From Candidatus Cloacimonadales bacterium (GTDB taxonomy: Bacteria > Cloacimonadota > Cloacimonadia > Cloacimonadales > JAFGVF01): a stretch of 64,000 nt of DNA. Shown piece after piece: positions 31,364-41,161 of the stretch. The position numbers and the translations under genes are program-made. Location of the stretch: contig OY762964.1 in NCBI GenBank assembly GCA_963667035.1, positions 2,240,001-2,304,000 on the forward strand. Reading direction: 5' to 3'. Under the pieces are notes generated by a model, which was not told where the DNA came from, ran no database searches, and saw only the letters and a program-made list of their open reading frames with translations. Each line of letters opens with the position of its first letter. Position 1 is the stretch's first letter.

Positions 31364-31468
31364 TCAATAGCTCACCAACGTCCCTCCAATGGAGCACCAA
31401 CGGACAACCAATAGCTAGCGTTGGTTGGATATTGTTGATGTGTTGAAGAATAATTGAATGTGTACTGT
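31364..31468. repeat. 11-bp-periodic mirror element (YCAAY x5 / RTTGR-like x5)
   Basis: Cores at 31364, 31375, 31386, 31397, 31408; mirrored at 31420, 31431, 31442, 31453, 31464. Confidence 0.8.
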
Positions 31469-31516
31469 GTATTGATAGATTCCTACCAGAGAAGTATTTG
31501 AGAAAACTAAGTACTT

Positions 31517-31548
31517 TATTCCTCAAACCCCATTTTTATTCCTATATA
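31517..31548 (+). promoter_or_regulatory. Conserved 32-bp motif, copy 2
   Basis: TATTCCTCAAACCCCATTTTTATTCCTATATA; flanking TTGAGAAAA and TAGAGG also shared with copy 1. Confidence 0.8.
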
Positions 31549-31633
31549 ATAATAGAGGGTTAGTTGAAACATGCTTAAAACATAACACAGATAGAAACTC
31601 AAAGAAACAGTATAACTTAATGCAGGAGGAATC

Positions 31634-32083
31634 ATGAAAGTTAAGCTTGATTTAATCGGAAAGGCATTAATCGGTCGAGTTGGAAAGCTCGTATTCTACT
31701 TAGTTCCAAAAAGCAATGTGCTAATGGCTCGTAGATACACAAAACCTAGAAAGAATAAAACCCATAAGAATCTTGGACAAAAGTCGTCAAATATTAGTAG
31801 GTTATATCATAGTGTCTCTTCCGGTTATCATGACGATCTTGTGTATTATGCAACTCAATTGAATGTGAAAACTGTTGGAGAACCTTGTGTATACAATTCC
31901 TACAATGTTTTTACAAAGATGATGTATTCACTGAAACGATTACATCCTGAAATTGATCTCAAAACTATTACAATTCAGTACATTATTGATAATAGTTTAC
32001 CAATAACGACCATCGAACAAGCAGTAGAAAATGAGATTCTTCCTATTGTGAGTAATTATGAAGTGCTTGTGCATGAGATATAA
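31634..32083 (+). CDS. Hypothetical 149-aa protein, paralogue of 26206..26667
   Basis: SD AGGAGG; GRVGKLVFY..ARRY.KP N-terminus; shared C-terminal motifs. Confidence 0.85.
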   Translation: MKVKLDLIGKALIGRVGKLVFYLVPKSNVLMARRYTKPRKNKTHKNLGQKSSNISRLYHSVSSGYHDDLVYYATQLNVKTVGEPCVYNSYNVFTKMMYSLKRLHPEIDLKTITIQYIIDNSLPITTIEQAVENEILPIVSNYEVLVHEI

Positions 32084-32130
32084 CAAAGAAAAGGGGAAGT
32101 AAACTCCCCCCCTATGATTGTTTTTGAATG

Positions 32131-32340
32131 TTAGAATGGTATTGGATAGCCCAAATGGGTCTTAATCAGTTGATAGACTTCCATGTGGGTTGAGTGATGA
32201 ATCCAGTTCTTGTCACAAGCTTTTATCAAAAAAGCTTTTACATCTGATACATGTCCAGGATATAGTCCTGCCACATAATTGTGTTCATGTTGTTGAGAAC
32301 AATTGAAATACTTATCATCTCTTGCTTTGTCGCGAGCCAT
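32131..32340 (-). CDS. Small hypothetical protein (69 aa)
   Basis: SD AGGAGGAG; DDKYFNCSQ.HE..YV motif; probably co-transcribed with HNH. Confidence 0.75.
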   Translation of the reverse strand: MARDKARDDKYFNCSQQHEHNYVAGLYPGHVSDVKAFLIKACDKNWIHHSTHMEVYQLIKTHLGYPIPF

Positions 32341-32364
32341 TTTCTCCTCCTTTCTTTATTGTAT

Positions 32365-32655
32365 TTACCAATTATTATCGGTTGAATCCCCTTTTTTTCG
32401 ATTGTTTTCCCATTGGAGAGGTTGCAAATTACTCATGCTATCAGTCCCACCTTTTGATAATGGCTTAATATGGTCAATTTCCCAACCATACTCTGATGAA
32501 GTGTCACCATAATCGCTGAATTTCATCCAATTACCTCTTATATCATAACGATATATGTTAGCATCATACTTGGAGTCAATTCTACCCTTTCTCCACACTT
32601 TCTGAATAGTTTCATCAGAAAAACTTCCACCACTTCTTGTTTTTGATCTAGACAT
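32365..32655 (-). CDS. Stand-alone HNH endonuclease
   Basis: GWEIDHIKP.SKGGTD..SNLQPLQW..NR.K. Confidence 0.9.
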   Translation of the reverse strand: MSRSKTRSGGSFSDETIQKVWRKGRIDSKYDANIYRYDIRGNWMKFSDYGDTSSEYGWEIDHIKPLSKGGTDSMSNLQPLQWENNRKKGDSTDNNW

Positions 32656-32778
32656 AAATCCCTACTATATAGTAAAATAGAGTTATCTTTACTTTTTTGT
32701 CTATAATAATTTTAATTATATTTCATAATGTTTGTTAAAGGGAATTAATAATAGGGAGAACAATTGTTCTCCCTTTCC

Positions 32779-33357
32779 TCATTTAATTCTAAGTATCAAA
32801 TCTATATCACGGGCTTTATCTGGTTCATACTTCAGGACGGTACCGAAAGTAACTGTTTTCATAATGTAATCATAGAATTGAGGTGATTTAATTTTGATAT
32901 TAGCTAGATCATACTTAATTGCTTGTCTTACTGATCTATTAGCAGAAACAATCAGATCATCAACTTTAAGCGGATCCATCGAGAGTATTTCTTTTTCGAT
33001 TTTCTTTTTTCGTTCTTGATAATAAGCTATTTGAACCGGATCATGTTTTTCAATTGCTTCCTCAAGTAGTTGCTTTACTCTTCTGTATACATGAATGATA
33101 TCATAATCTCTGTATGATTCGAACATTAATAAATTGGTTGAACCGGAATAGAGTAAGTCTTGCTCTTCTTCCCTTGAAACTTTTACATCAATATAACTTA
33201 GCTTATATGTATAATATAAAGTTGTCGCCGGCACTTCTCTATCGGGATGGTAAAATAATTCTTCCAAATAGATGATACCCATGTTTCTATTGATGACTTC
33301 TGTTTCGTGTATTGTGACTTCAATACACTCATCATGTATAATCATTTTGATAAACAT
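32779..33357 (-). CDS. Hypothetical protein resembling the C-terminal domain of large AAA/TPR regulators
   Basis: G..YL..L..HP.RE..A..L; A..SV..AIK..L..I...P......TV.FG...Y.P; palindromic terminator at 32753-32773. Confidence 0.6.
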   Translation of the reverse strand: MFIKMIIHDECIEVTIHETEVINRNMGIIYLEELFYHPDREVPATTLYYTYKLSYIDVKVSREEEQDLLYSGSTNLLMFESYRDYDIIHVYRRVKQLLEEAIEKHDPVQIAYYQERKKKIEKEILSMDPLKVDDLIVSANRSVRQAIKYDLANIKIKSPQFYDYIMKTVTFGTVLKYEPDKARDIDLILRIK

Positions 33358-33843
33358 AATATTCTCCAAGACTTGTTAAAGGATTTTCTGTCTTGGTAAA
33401 CGGTTAAGCAATCGTTTGCCTAAAAAGATTGCGAATGTAAACACTTTCCCCGAGCCGGGGAGACCTAAATGGTAAAGATGTCCCGAGAGGCGGGACGAAA
33501 GGCCTGAGCAATGTTACATATAACCTCCTAAGATATGAAATAATGTTATGCAAAGTATATTCCATTAAAATATTAATTAATTGAACATCATCGAGTTATA
33601 AGGGAGATACATGCTTATAATGCAGAAATACACTCTAGTGATTATTTTATTGCTAAAGTGTTATTTGTTAATGTGATATGGTAACTATGTTTACAAATGT
33701 CTAATTGCTGTTAATATTGTTTACTTAAATCCGATTGAATTACTAATAAAATATCTTAAATAGTAATTACTCAAAAATTAATATTGACATAACAAAATGA
33801 ATGATTATAAATTGGTTATTACTTGAGAGGAGGGAAGAAAGCT

Positions 33844-34548
33844 ATGAAGAAGATTATCTTATTAGGGTTAATCACAATTATTGTTTTCGGTTTATTCGCA
33901 AAAGATGAAAGCAATAATACTACAACAAAGATACCTTTTCATCCTGCTGACCAATCACTATTCTTAATGCCGACTGCTTACACTATGCCTAAAGGGATGG
34001 CAGCGATTACAGATATCGAATTGGTTCTTATACAGTATAGTGCCGCACCAACAGAAGACTTCCATATCAGTTTCGGCATGGGATTCCCAATAGTCTCCGA
34101 GATGGTTAATTTGTTTACCGTAGGAGTAAAATACAAATATGTAAATGAAAAAGCCATGAATGTTGCCGCTTGGGTATCTTATACACCGGATAGTCAAGTC
34201 CTCTCGTGTGGAAATGTATTTTCATTTTCAAAGGATAACACTTCTTTCCACGTAAGTCCCGGATATATTACTTCCTATAAAGATGATGTAGAAGTATTAT
34301 TAATGATGGGTGGAATGGAGGTCTCAGCTACTCCCAGGACATCTTTTATTATTGAAAGTGTAAGTGGGTTCGATTTAACAGATGATGATAATGATGATGA
34401 TAATGATGACGAAACTATACTTACATTGGGATTCAGATTGAAGGGAGATAGAATTAGTTGGGATTTAGGAGGGAGCAGGCTTCTTAACTCTATGAGAGAT
34501 TCAGATGTCTTTCTAATCCCCTTCCTTAAAGCAACCTTTATGTTTTAA
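33844..34548 (+). CDS. Exported/outer-membrane hypothetical protein
   Basis: Signal peptide, LFLMPTAYT.PKG, beta-rich, terminal Phe. Confidence 0.75.
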   Translation: MKKIILLGLITIIVFGLFAKDESNNTTTKIPFHPADQSLFLMPTAYTMPKGMAAITDIELVLIQYSAAPTEDFHISFGMGFPIVSEMVNLFTVGVKYKYVNEKAMNVAAWVSYTPDSQVLSCGNVFSFSKDNTSFHVSPGYITSYKDDVEVLLMMGGMEVSATPRTSFIIESVSGFDLTDDDNDDDNDDETILTLGFRLKGDRISWDLGGSRLLNSMRDSDVFLIPFLKATFMF

Positions 34549-34674
34549 ATTAAAACGTCTAATTAACAATAACTGCTAGCTATTCTTAAAAGCTGAGGAT
34601 TCGGGCAAGTTGATTTACAACTTGACAACGAGTCCTTTTTTTTGATTTTGAATGCTTACTCCATGGAGGAAAGA

Positions 34675-35379
34675 ATGATAGCAGAAAACTTGGAATTAGT
34701 AAAAGAAAACATAAAGAATGCCTGTGAGAAATCGGGACGAGACATTAATGAAGTAAAATTGATAGCTGTTACTAAAACGCATCCGGCGGAGACAATCGAA
34801 GAGATTATTGCTCTTGGCGTTAAAGTAATCGGTGAAAATAAAATACAGGAAGCGGAGCAGAAACTTCCCGTGTTATCTGAAAGACCGGAGTTTCACTTTA
34901 TCGGTCATTTGCAATCCAATAAGATAAAGAAACTGATTCCATTGAAACCCGCCCTTATCCACTCTCTCGATAAGTATTCAACTGCTGAAAAGCTCAGTGA
35001 TTACTTACATAAAAATGAATTGGAACAGGATGTGTTGATACAAATTAACACAACCGACGAAGGACAGAAATCGGGAATTGACGAAGAAAAAGCAATTGAA
35101 CTGATAAAAGATATTGCTAAACTTCCGTACATTCATATAAAAGGTTTGATGACTATAGGAATGCTAAGTGAGAATCCTGAAAGTAACAGAAAATACTTTA
35201 AAGCTTTAAAGCAATTGAGAGATCGCATTGAAGCTATGGCAATACCCAATGTGGATATGCAATATCTGTCCATGGGAATGTCGGATGATTACATGATTGC
35301 AATCGAAGAAGGGGCAAACTTAATAAGGGTAGGTAGTGCCATATTTGGCAAACGAAATTATGCTAAGGAGCAATCATGA
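34675..35379 (+). CDS. yggS: PLP-binding protein YggS/PROSC
   Basis: LIAVTKT, GENKIQE, HFIGHLQSNK, GLMTIG, LSMGMSDD, RVGSAIFG. Confidence 0.95.
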   Translation: MIAENLELVKENIKNACEKSGRDINEVKLIAVTKTHPAETIEEIIALGVKVIGENKIQEAEQKLPVLSERPEFHFIGHLQSNKIKKLIPLKPALIHSLDKYSTAEKLSDYLHKNELEQDVLIQINTTDEGQKSGIDEEKAIELIKDIAKLPYIHIKGLMTIGMLSENPESNRKYFKALKQLRDRIEAMAIPNVDMQYLSMGMSDDYMIAIEEGANLIRVGSAIFGKRNYAKEQS

Positions 35380-36002
35380 GCTTTTTGATACCTATCGGAG
35401 CCCTAATAATCTCATACTTTTTCGGTTGTTTCTCAACAGCCAGACTCATAGCTAAATCAGTTAAACATCTTAATATATATAAAATCGGAACCGGTCATCC
35501 GGATACGGAAAACATATTCAGTAATGTAAGCAAAGCTCTCGGAGTTGTGAGTGCTGCAGTAGACATTAGTAAAGCATACCTCTTTCTATCTCTATTGAAA
35601 TGGTTGCTCTCAGGTTTTGCTCTCGGTGCACCTTTTGCTTCAGAGAACTGGTTAATGCTATACGGTCTGTTCATGCTGATTGGACACGGGTTGCCTGTCA
35701 CTCATAAGTTTATTGGCGGAAGAGGTATCTTGACTTACATTGGTTTTATCGGATACTTTGCCTTTTTACCTACTGTGATTGCTACGGGTTTAGCCTTAAT
35801 CTTCATCTTATTCTTTAAACAGATGAGATTCGGACAATACAGTATAGTAATATTACCGGTTGTGTTTGCTCAAGTATTGAATGTGGCAATCCCGGGATTT
35901 ATAGGTTCTTACAGTTCCGGTGATATTCTCAAACTGGGTGGTATTGCCGCATTAATGGGAATAATAAATTTGTTTGTTTCTAAACGATTAGGAGAAATAT
36001 AA
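35376..36002 (+). CDS. plsY: Glycerol-3-phosphate acyltransferase PlsY-like (divergent motifs)
   Basis: SY.FG, GTGHPDTEN (cf. GSGNxGxTN), D..K, GH..P...F.GGRG. Confidence 0.7.
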   Translation: MSFLIPIGALIISYFFGCFSTARLIAKSVKHLNIYKIGTGHPDTENIFSNVSKALGVVSAAVDISKAYLFLSLLKWLLSGFALGAPFASENWLMLYGLFMLIGHGLPVTHKFIGGRGILTYIGFIGYFAFLPTVIATGLALIFILFFKQMRFGQYSIVILPVVFAQVLNVAIPGFIGSYSSGDILKLGGIAALMGIINLFVSKRLGEI

Positions 36003-37123
36003 TGCAAATCATCAAAGTGAGTAATAAAAAAGAATTGAAGCAATTCGTAATGTTTCCTTTTGAATTGTACAAGGATGATCCCAATTGGATTCCACCTCTA
36101 ATCAGTGAAGAGATGAAGTTTTTTGACAGGAGTAAAAATCCTCACTTTGAGCATTCTGTTGCAGATTATTTTCTTGCTATTGATAATGGTAAAGTTGTGG
36201 GAAGAGTAACTGCTCACACAAACGAATTACATAATAAATACTATAATGATAAGACGGGATTCTTCGGTTTCTTCGAGTGTATCGAAGATAAAGCCGTTGC
36301 CAAAGCTTTGATTGATACGGCAATAAAGTGGAATAAAGAACTCGGAAAAAATAAGCTCTCGGGTCCTTTTAACTTCACTATAAACGACATGTGCGGTCTT
36401 CTTGTGGACGGATTTGACACCCCGCCTTTTATTATGCTGACATATAATAAATCATACTATGAAAACTACCTTAAAGAGATGGGATTTACCAAAGCTATGG
36501 GAATGTACTCTTACCATACCGTAGCACAGGAAATACCACCGAAACTGGCAAGAGTATCTAAAATCATTCAGAAGAAACTGGATAAAGAGAATGTTACTTT
36601 CCATACATTAAGAAAAAGCAAAGCGGATAGAGAAGAAGATATTGATATTATCTTTACCCTATACAGAGAAGCTTGGAAAGATAACTGGGGTTATGTACCT
36701 ATGAGTAAGAAGGAGTTTGACCGTTTGAAAGACGAGTTGATTCCTATTGTTAATCCTAATTTCATTATGATTGCCAGAAAAGATGGAAAACCTATTGGTT
36801 TCTCAGTTGGGATCCCTAACTATAATCATGTATTTAAAGCCATGAATGGAAAATTGAATCCCATTACAATCGTTAAAGCTTTGAAAGCAAAGAGCAAAAT
36901 TCGTTCTGTTCGAGTAATGATGATGGGCATACTGGAAGAGTATCGTAATCTTGGCATAGACGCAATGTTCCATTATAAGTTCTATGAGTATGGACTACCT
37001 TTAGGATGGTGTGATGCTGAGTTTTCCTGGGTACTTGAAAACAATGTAATGATGAACAGACTAGCTCAGAGTCTTGGTGCCGAAGCATATAAAACATATC
37101 AAATTCTGGAGATGAATATCTGA
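36002..37123 (+). CDS. YghO-like double-GNAT acyltransferase
   Basis: F..FP..LY..DPNWIPPL, VVGR, FGFFECI, GLLVDGF, NWG..P, SWVLENN. Confidence 0.85.
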   Translation: MQIIKVSNKKELKQFVMFPFELYKDDPNWIPPLISEEMKFFDRSKNPHFEHSVADYFLAIDNGKVVGRVTAHTNELHNKYYNDKTGFFGFFECIEDKAVAKALIDTAIKWNKELGKNKLSGPFNFTINDMCGLLVDGFDTPPFIMLTYNKSYYENYLKEMGFTKAMGMYSYHTVAQEIPPKLARVSKIIQKKLDKENVTFHTLRKSKADREEDIDIIFTLYREAWKDNWGYVPMSKKEFDRLKDELIPIVNPNFIMIARKDGKPIGFSVGIPNYNHVFKAMNGKLNPITIVKALKAKSKIRSVRVMMMGILEEYRNLGIDAMFHYKFYEYGLPLGWCDAEFSWVLENNVMMNRLAQSLGAEAYKTYQILEMNI

Positions 37124-37124
37124 T

Positions 37125-38057
37125 ATGAAACTGAAGGGTGTTAAGGAGATTGATGTAGTTACATGGGGTTATACTGCTTGGATAGCCTTTATGATAATCT
37201 GGGGGTTCAAATCGGTTGAGCGTCCCGGGCATCATCTTTTGAACTTGGGAATGATTTCAATCGGTATTGTCGTATTGATAATGCTGGATCACAAGCTTAA
37301 GAAGCCTGTGATTAATCTACTCAGAAACATATACCCGCTTCTTCTGACCGCATATTACTTTGAGATTACAATGGTGACAAATAGAGTCTTCTTTGGCGGC
37401 TATATTGATCCCGTATTCCAAAGGATAGACCAATTGCTGTTCGGTTATCAACCCAGTATTATGTGGGGTGTTGACATGGATTATCCTTGGTTACAAGAAC
37501 TTATGCATTTCGCTTATTTCTGTTATTATCCGCTAATTGTCATAACTCCTATCTACCTGTACTTCAAACAAAAGAAGAATCTGGGCGAGTTTGTGTTTAC
37601 GACAACAACCGTATTCTATTTATGCTTCTTTATTTTCTCATGGTTACCGGTGATTGGAGCAAGAGCTTTCGGGCATGACTTTATCGGCAGGTTCCCCGAG
37701 ATAGCTTCAGGAGCGTTGTTAAATCCTCAAGGAATCGATACTGCCGAGTTAACAACAATGTATAGATACGGACCTTTCACTAGAATAATGGCTTTTATTT
37801 ATATCCAAAGTCCTCATGCGGGCGGTGCCTTCCCAAGTTCACACGTTGCAGTTGCAGTTTCCATAGCAATTTCAATACACAGATATATGCCTAAAATGAG
37901 CTTTATTGTAATCCCTATTGTTATTCTACTGTGTTTATCAACAGTTTACTGCCACTATCACTATCTTATTGACGTAATTGGCGGTTTATTATTAGCTTCC
38001 ATTGGATATTACTTGGCTTTGAAGTTTTATTCGAAGAAAAGAACGAACCTTGCATAA
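37125..38057 (+). CDS. PAP2/Aur1-like membrane protein
   Basis: ID..LFG, Y..YY, P..G.R, AFPSSHV, HY.IDVIGG. Confidence 0.8.
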   Translation: MKLKGVKEIDVVTWGYTAWIAFMIIWGFKSVERPGHHLLNLGMISIGIVVLIMLDHKLKKPVINLLRNIYPLLLTAYYFEITMVTNRVFFGGYIDPVFQRIDQLLFGYQPSIMWGVDMDYPWLQELMHFAYFCYYPLIVITPIYLYFKQKKNLGEFVFTTTTVFYLCFFIFSWLPVIGARAFGHDFIGRFPEIASGALLNPQGIDTAELTTMYRYGPFTRIMAFIYIQSPHAGGAFPSSHVAVAVSIAISIHRYMPKMSFIVIPIVILLCLSTVYCHYHYLIDVIGGLLLASIGYYLALKFYSKKRTNLA

Positions 38058-38086
38058 ACAAGGTAAAACCATTTAAGGAAACAGTT

Positions 38087-39157
38087 ATGAAAAAAATGTA
38101 TTTAGCGTTGGCTTTGTTAGCGATTGTCAGTTTGAGTTTATTAGCCCAGCCTTCTTTTGCCTATCATTATAGTCCAAGCCAACTCCCGATTAAGGAATAT
38201 GATTATCACACACCCTATGCTCACGTTTCTCCTGTAGCAATGTCCTTGGGTGGAGTCAACATCACTAACGGATGTGACATCTTTGGCGGTTATGATAATC
38301 CTGCTCTCCTTTATAAAAATCAGAAGATGTATTTTGCAGTTTCTGCCAGACAGAGTTCAGAGAAAACTATGAACTTCAAGGATATGCTTGAGTATAGTAA
38401 TCTTTTAAAAGATACCAGACTCAGCTATGTGGGTATTTCTGCCAAGACCTTCGCTTTCAGTTATCAGATATTGGCTGAATCAAATTTTTATTATAGAAGT
38501 AGTTTAGAGGAAAAGCAGGAATATTATGACTACAAACTTGATGCCTTCCAGACTTCATTTGCTCTGCTAGATAAGAAAGTACCAAACGGTTCTTTAGGTT
38601 TTGGAGTGAAATATCTCTTTGGAAGACTTATCCATAAAGTAACTTATGCAGAGCCGGATGTAGAGCATAGAAACACTTTCCTTGATGAAAAGGCTAAAGG
38701 TTTTTCTTTCGACGTTGGCGGTCTATACAAGATGGGAAGAATGACTTTTGCTGCAAGTTTACTTGATGTTTATTCTCAGTTGTATTGGGAGCATTACGAT
38801 ACCGAGAGACTTACCCGTAACTGGGCACTCGGGACTCAGTATGACTTAGAGAATGTTCAGTTTATGTATACTCTTAAGGGAAAGCTTGAAGATGATACCA
38901 AAGTTACAAACCATATGGGATTGAACTTTACTCCTTACACTTCGGCTGCCGAGAACAATCCTGAATCTATGGGACTAAGAGTCGGTACATTCTGGGAATA
39001 TGTTGTTCAAGAAGACGGCAGTGAAGAGAAAGTTGTTAACTATACCATGGGAGCCGGTTATAACATGAGCGGAATCAAACTTGACTTTGGACTTGTAAGC
39101 CCTGATTTCGATTGGGAAAGTAACGATTATCTTATATCAGTAACATTTGCATTTTAA
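38087..39157 (+). CDS. Outer-membrane beta-barrel (PorV/FadL-like)
   Basis: Signal peptide, AMSLGG, NPALL, terminal TFAF. Confidence 0.65.
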   Translation: MKKMYLALALLAIVSLSLLAQPSFAYHYSPSQLPIKEYDYHTPYAHVSPVAMSLGGVNITNGCDIFGGYDNPALLYKNQKMYFAVSARQSSEKTMNFKDMLEYSNLLKDTRLSYVGISAKTFAFSYQILAESNFYYRSSLEEKQEYYDYKLDAFQTSFALLDKKVPNGSLGFGVKYLFGRLIHKVTYAEPDVEHRNTFLDEKAKGFSFDVGGLYKMGRMTFAASLLDVYSQLYWEHYDTERLTRNWALGTQYDLENVQFMYTLKGKLEDDTKVTNHMGLNFTPYTSAAENNPESMGLRVGTFWEYVVQEDGSEEKVVNYTMGAGYNMSGIKLDFGLVSPDFDWESNDYLISVTFAF

Positions 39158-39160
39158 AGA

Positions 39161-41086
39161 ATGTTTTCATTTTTAAATACAGGTATTCTAATTTTTATGG
39201 CGGCAGGGGTATTACCCCTGCTCATCTATTTATTCGCTAAAAAGAAACCTAAACGAGTAATATTCAGCTCCATCAAATTCATTCAACAAAGTAGTGACAG
39301 TCAAAGAAAAAAGCTGAACTTAAAGAATATATTGCTGTTAATTATAAGAATGCTTATTATTCTTCTTACTATCTTAGCAATATCGAGACCTTTTCTGAAG
39401 ATTAGCGGACTTTCTAATTCTACTAAACACCCTGCTACCGCCATATCAATTATTGTTGATACATCTTGGAGTATGCAGTATTTATCGGATCAAACCTCAT
39501 CTTTAAGCAAGGCTGTGGAGATTATTAATGAGATAAGCTCGATGTTGAATAACAAGGATATTGTCTCAATCGTGACGCTTTCCAGAGAATGGAACGATTT
39601 GAACGCAATAAATAGAAGTACTATCCCTGAAAATCTCCTTAGCAACATTAATGTGTCGGCTAATCCAATCTCCATGAAAGAAGCTTTTACCATTTCAGAG
39701 CAGTTGCTGAAAGAGGCACAGCTTTCCAATCGCGAGATATACCTGTTAACCGATATGCAGAATCAAGAGCTCCCGGAGACTACTGATTATCCTGTACAAG
39801 TCATATCTTTAGCTCCGCAATCATGGTTGAATATCAGTTGTGTGTCCGCAAGCATTGATGCCAAGATTATCAATCGTGAGTTTGAAAGAGCTATTGACTT
39901 CAAGGTGAAGAACCACTCGGAAATTGAGAGAAAAGATGTACTCTGTCGATTAGTATTAAATGATAAACTCACTGCTGAAAAGTTCATTGATTTGAAACCC
40001 TATGAGAGTAAGTCCGATTTCTTTAGAATTGAGTTGGGACAAAGCGGTTGGTATAACGGATATGTAGAGATTCAGGATGAACTACTGACAATTGATAACA
40101 GGAAATACTTTAGTTTCCCTTATAACAGTAGACCTAAAGTTGCTATTCTGACAAGTCAGTACGATGTACCTATAGTTTTAAAGTCAGTGCTGGAGATATA
40201 TACAGCGAGTAGTGAATCGGTTAAATTGCTAAGTCCGCATAATCTCAACATGGATGTACTTTCTCAATATGATTTTCTGGTTGTATATGAACCGGGAGAG
40301 ATAGACAGAAGAGTGGAAACACTCATAAGGAAGTACAATCAGGAAGGAAAAGGGATCTTATTCTGTTCAGGGAATGAGATGACCACTCAGGTTAAGGAGT
40401 TCTATCAGAGCTATTTAGGTTTAAAGATATTGGAGCTTGAACCGGATGAGAAAGAGATAAGCTATATTAACACGCATCATCCCATACTGGCATTATCAAC
40501 AGAAAGAGCACTAAAGGAAGTCAAAGTAAGAGATTTCTGGAGAACTGATAACACAGCTTCAAATGCTTCCGTAATATCGGTTGATAACAATACGTTATTT
40601 ATTAATCCGACTCCTAACTGGGTGCTAACTGCTGACCTTTCAAGTTTAAGAAACAAGCTGTTTCTTGATAGTAACTGGCCGGTTATTATGTATAAACTGT
40701 TTACGGATTTATCGAGTAAAGATATAAAAAACTATAATTTGGAACTTGGCTCCTCCTTCTATGCAGAGAAGATTACTCTACCGGATAATAATCAGGTTAC
40801 ACCTTCCGGCAGAGACTTTACTCCTTCATCACCGGGTATCTATAAAGTATCAAATAAAGGCACTAAGAGTATCTATGCGGTTAACATAGATAACAACGAA
40901 AGTGGCTATGAAAAGGGTGATTATTCACAACTGAAAGGAAGTGAAGTTATAGATAAAAACTGGCAAAAAAGTATCTTCCGTTCCAGATATGGATATGAAC
41001 TCTGGAAAATATTACTTGTCATAGTTTTAATTCTATTCATAATTGAAATGCTTCTGGTGAAAACGGAAGAGCGTAAAATTAGTTAG
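39161..41086 (+). CDS. BatA N-terminal + vWA domain membrane protein
   Basis: FLN...PLLIYL...FSS..F, LL.IR.L, DTSWSM MIDAS, LTD.Q, C-terminal TM. Confidence 0.85.
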   Translation: MFSFLNTGILIFMAAGVLPLLIYLFAKKKPKRVIFSSIKFIQQSSDSQRKKLNLKNILLLIIRMLIILLTILAISRPFLKISGLSNSTKHPATAISIIVDTSWSMQYLSDQTSSLSKAVEIINEISSMLNNKDIVSIVTLSREWNDLNAINRSTIPENLLSNINVSANPISMKEAFTISEQLLKEAQLSNREIYLLTDMQNQELPETTDYPVQVISLAPQSWLNISCVSASIDAKIINREFERAIDFKVKNHSEIERKDVLCRLVLNDKLTAEKFIDLKPYESKSDFFRIELGQSGWYNGYVEIQDELLTIDNRKYFSFPYNSRPKVAILTSQYDVPIVLKSVLEIYTASSESVKLLSPHNLNMDVLSQYDFLVVYEPGEIDRRVETLIRKYNQEGKGILFCSGNEMTTQVKEFYQSYLGLKILELEPDEKEISYINTHHPILALSTERALKEVKVRDFWRTDNTASNASVISVDNNTLFINPTPNWVLTADLSSLRNKLFLDSNWPVIMYKLFTDLSSKDIKNYNLELGSSFYAEKITLPDNNQVTPSGRDFTPSSPGIYKVSNKGTKSIYAVNIDNNESGYEKGDYSQLKGSEVIDKNWQKSIFRSRYGYELWKILLVIVLILFIIEMLLVKTEERKIS

Positions 41087-41161
41087 TATATTTTACCGAT
41101 AATCTGTTCGGTATTCCGATTAGTTTCAGGAAACAATAAATAGAAGTTTGAGGAATAAATC

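Noticed and set aside
33470..33510. Hammerhead ribozyme or c-di-GMP-I riboswitch (stem followed by GAAA)
   Set aside because: CUGAUGA core absent; GEMM second stem and GCAAAG consensus not matched
34381..34410. GATGATGATAAT repeat
   Set aside because: Encodes a simple acidic loop in frame
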